NCBI RefSeq assembly: GCF_036321535.1
Contig: NC_087447.1
Coordinates: 46,998,001 to 47,062,000 of the forward strand
Reading direction: 5' to 3'
Origin: Camelus dromedarius
Lineage: Eukaryota
DNA: 64,000 bases
Position 1 is the first letter of the stretch. Each line of letters begins with the position of its first letter. The notes beneath the pieces are model-generated. The model was given only the letters and a program-made list of their open reading frames with translations. It did not search any database and was not told the DNA's origin. Positions 61,201-64,000 of the stretch are shown here, piece after piece. A program made the position numbers and the translations under genes.

Positions 61201-64000
61201 AGGGGGAAGGGAAGTCAGGAGGTGGCACTCAGTTAGGTGTCCTCTACCCCCACCCAGAGTACAAGAAGAGCTTTGAGAATGATGCCCAGAGCAGTGACAA
61301 CATCAACTTCCTCAAGGTGCAGTGGTCCTCCCGCCAGCTGCCCACGGTGAGGCCTGTGGGTGAGGGCACAGAGAGGGAGGTGTGGCAGAGCACTGGGGAA
61401 ACTGCCTGGGAGAGCGGGCTTGTGCATGGGGTTGGGGGCATAGGGGAACTGGGCACGAGTGAGGACCAAGGCATTTGCTTTATTCAGGGGTGTGGGACCA
61501 AGTTGCAGTTGGTTCTTTTATTTGTTCAATAAATATTTCTTGAGCCTTTGCTAAATGCCAGCTTCTGTGTAGTCCATTGAGGATGCCGAAAATTAAAGAG
61601 TTATAATACTGTTAGGTGCCAAGGAAGGCACGTGCAGTGTTGTGTCTTCCATGTTAAAAATTGATCTTTCCTTGAGAGGGGAGTGCGAGTGAGCGTGGAC
61701 AAGCATGAGGGTCGAGTGAGTGATACCAAGAGTAGGAGGGGTGGGTGGGGCCTTGTTCCTCACTGGGCCTCTGCTCCCCAGCTCAAGCCCATTCTGGCTG
61801 ACATTGAGTACCTGCAAGACCAGCATCTTCTGCTCACAGTCAAGTCCATGGATGGCTACGAATCCTATGGTGAGGGATGAGGAGTGCCAAGGGGGACAGA
61901 AAGCTGAGCAGGGTCCTAGAAAGGCTTGACAATCTGCTGGTCATTTGCCCTCCAGGGGAGTGCGTGGTGGCGCTCAAATCCATGATTGGCAGCACAGCCC
62001 AGCAGTTCCTGACCTTCTTGTCCCACCGAGGCGAGGAGACAGGCAACATCCGTGGCTCCATGAAGGTGCGGGTGCCCACAGAGCGCCTGGGCACCCGTGA
62101 GCGACTCTACGGTGGGGGCTCCATTGGGAGGGATGTGGGGCATGAGATGGGGTGGTGTGGGCAGGCCTGGGGGTGTGGGGGTGCTGGGAGGGCATGTTGG
62201 AATCCTGGGAATATTTGGAAGTTCTGCGGCAGGGCTGAGAATGGGTTTGCCCTGAGGAGTAGCTGGGAGGGGGCTAGCAGGCCCAGTGGGTGTCTGGGAT
62301 GCAGTACCCCAGGTCCCCTCTGAGTCTCCTTTCCCTTCCTGCCCCAGAGTGGATCAGTATTGATAAGGATGAGACAGGAGCAAAGAGCAAAGCCCCCTCT
62401 GTGTCCCGAAGCAGCCAGGAGCCCAGGTGAGCTGGGGCTGTGTTGGGTGTCACGTGAAGGGGTGCTGGGGCTTTTGGTCAGCTCCTACTTGATCTCTCCT
62501 CCCTTGTGCACGCCTGACAGGTCAGGGAGCCGCAAGCCAGCTGCTGCAGAGGCCTCCTGCCCACTGTCCAAGTTATTTGAAGAACCAGAGAAACCACCAC
62601 CAACTGGGAGGCCCCCAGCCCCACCTCGAGCTGCTCCCCGGGAGGAGCCTTTGACCCCCAGGTGAGAAGGAAATTGTCATCCTCTGATTTATCCATTGCC
62701 GTGCATGGCTCTCAGGGCCAGCCTAGGGATCGTCTGCCACTTGGGCACTCTGCTGCCATATGGCCAGAGGTGCCAGGGCCCTATGCCCATGGCCACTCTG
62801 GCCAGCCAGGCCCCCTGTAGGTGTGGCTCTCTGAGTCAAAGGGAACACACTCAGCCTTTCCTCTCAATTCTGCCTTAAAAAATAGGATTAGAAATTGTTT
62901 CTGCAACAGCTCCCTCCACGTAAGCAGACTTAACTTGGGCCTTCTGTTTGGAGAAGGCCCGTGCCTCAGCACAGATTTCCCTGGGGGCGACCCATGAAAC
63001 GGTGTCCTACAAGATGCCCCTCTGGAAACGGGTTTGTGGTCAAATGAGTTTGGGAAATGGTCCTTGCTAGATTCTTTTCTTAGATATTCCCAGTGCACAG
63101 TGATACCAGCAAAAGCTCTGAGCATGTGGACAGGAAGGAAATCCTTTTTCAGCTCTGTTGAATATAGCTTCCCAAACTTAATGGGCCAGGAAACTTCCAC
63201 ATAATCACTGTTAATATCCTGGGGAACTACAGTTGACCCTTGAACGTGGCAGGGGTTTGGGGTGTATATCTTATAGTCAGCCCTCCACATCCCTGGTTCC
63301 TCCTTATCCGAGGTTCCACATCTGTGGATTCAACCACGTGGCTCATAGATCTTATAATACTTATAGTGTTTACTATTGGAAAAAATCCAAGTGTAAATGG
63401 ACTTGTGCAGTTCAAACCTGTGTTGTTCAAGGGTCAACTATACTGTTCTGTGGATCCTACTTTGGGAAAGTGAGGCTTGCTTTTTAATTATAGCCAATTG
63501 TCACTTGAACGCAAATAAAAACCCCTAGGTACAGTTTGGTTTTCAACCATCTTCAGCTGTTATCAGTCTCCTTAGTTTTATCCCCAGGCTTGAGTAAAAC
63601 TGACTTGAATATATGAGTAAGATTCCCCAGTAGATTGGCCTCAGATGCCTCCAGGGGCTTTCCAAATTTGGCAGGTCATTCTCATTAAAGGCTCTTTTTA
63701 CCCTGCCTTCTGGTACCTGTTTTCACCCATTTATTCTCAACTTTCACAGTTTACAAAGTCTTTCAGTGAGTGAGGCAAGGAAGTTTAGGGGTTATTCATC
63801 CAACTCCTCTGCATCCCCAGTTGGAGAGATGAGGACACCAAGGACCAGAGAGGGAAAGGGATGTGCTCAAGGTACATGCAGGTCTAGGATCAAGGGCCCT
63901 TATCTCCTGTCCCAGTCCAATTCTCCCTCCACTGTACGCACTGCCTTCCCTTTAGTGTTTCTGGGTCCTGATTTAGTTATCCTGCTCCCAAACCCAGGTT
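52001..64000 (+). CDS. INPPL1: SH2-containing inositol 5-phosphatase 2 (SHIP2), partial. Exons 52001-52197, 54957-55020, 55113-55263, 55496-55616, 55848-55988, 56230-56323, 56431-56520, 56699-56797, 56910-57060, 57150-57256, 57582-57684, 57768-57964, 58286-58403, 59008-59104, 59391-59529, 59646-59745, 59842-59930, 60189-60270, 60395-60484, 61006-61119, 61258-61346, 61782-61869, 61956-62111, 62348-62426, 62521-62661, 63998->64000
   Basis: SH2 domain WYHRDLSRAAAEELLARAGRDGSFLVRDSES. 5-phosphatase motifs ISVFIGTWNMG, FWFGDLNYR, PSWCDRILW and TSDHSPV. C2 and Pro-rich segments. All exons are GT-AG with consistent phases. The gene continues past the window. Confidence 0.97.
53124..53336 (+). mobile_element. 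MER20 (hAT-Charlie non-autonomous DNA transposon)
   Basis: cagtggttc..ggggacatttggcagtgtctggagacattttt..gggatgctgctaaacatcctacaatgcacaggacag..gttgagaaaccctg. 8-bp TSD (t/g)cctaggc. Confidence 0.9.
53800..54025 (+). mobile_element. MIR SINE (similar MIR relics at ~11040-11240, ~49090-49260 and ~58575-58660)
   Basis: MIR core: aatcccagctctgcc..ctgtgaccttaggcaaat..tgagcctcagtttcctcttctg..gattaaatgagat. Confidence 0.75.
63230..63440. mobile_element. Tigger2-family (TcMar) MITE in INPPL1 intron 25
   Basis: Terminal inverted repeats cagttgacccttgaac / gttcaagggtcaact(a), with TA on both sides. Confidence 0.85.

Overview
Eukaryotic (mammalian) genomic DNA, most likely a camelid, judged from tRNA-derived Vic-1-type SINEs. 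The window holds the folate-receptor cluster followed by INPPL1, all on the + strand. It contains three intact four-coding-exon folate receptor genes: a FOLR3-position/milk folate-binding-protein-like gene (15545-18724), FOLR1 (32276-35170) and FOLR2 (45839-48802). INPPL1/SHIP2 follows, with coding exons 1-25 and the first 3 nt of exon 26 (52001-64000, truncated by the window edge). Upstream lie an RPL23 processed pseudogene and a ~2.7 kb tandem duplication carrying two RPE processed pseudogenes. A nested ERV complex (22106-28831) sits between the first two FOLR genes, and L1, LTR, SINE and DNA-transposon relics are common. I found no new prokaryote-style system. The most notable observations are: (1) the first FOLR gene is a mosaic, with FOLR2/3-type ends and a core almost identical to FOLR1, introns included; (2) it has a polar-interrupted GPI signal and a variant polyA signal; (3) FOLR2 has substitutions in or next to the folate pocket and a terminal frameshift; (4) identity within the tandem duplication is patchy; (5) there is an L1-retroposed, polyadenylated LTR transcript copy. 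Exon boundaries were read by hand from GT/AG sites and frame continuity. Gene and repeat names come from recalled reference sequences, not from a database search.
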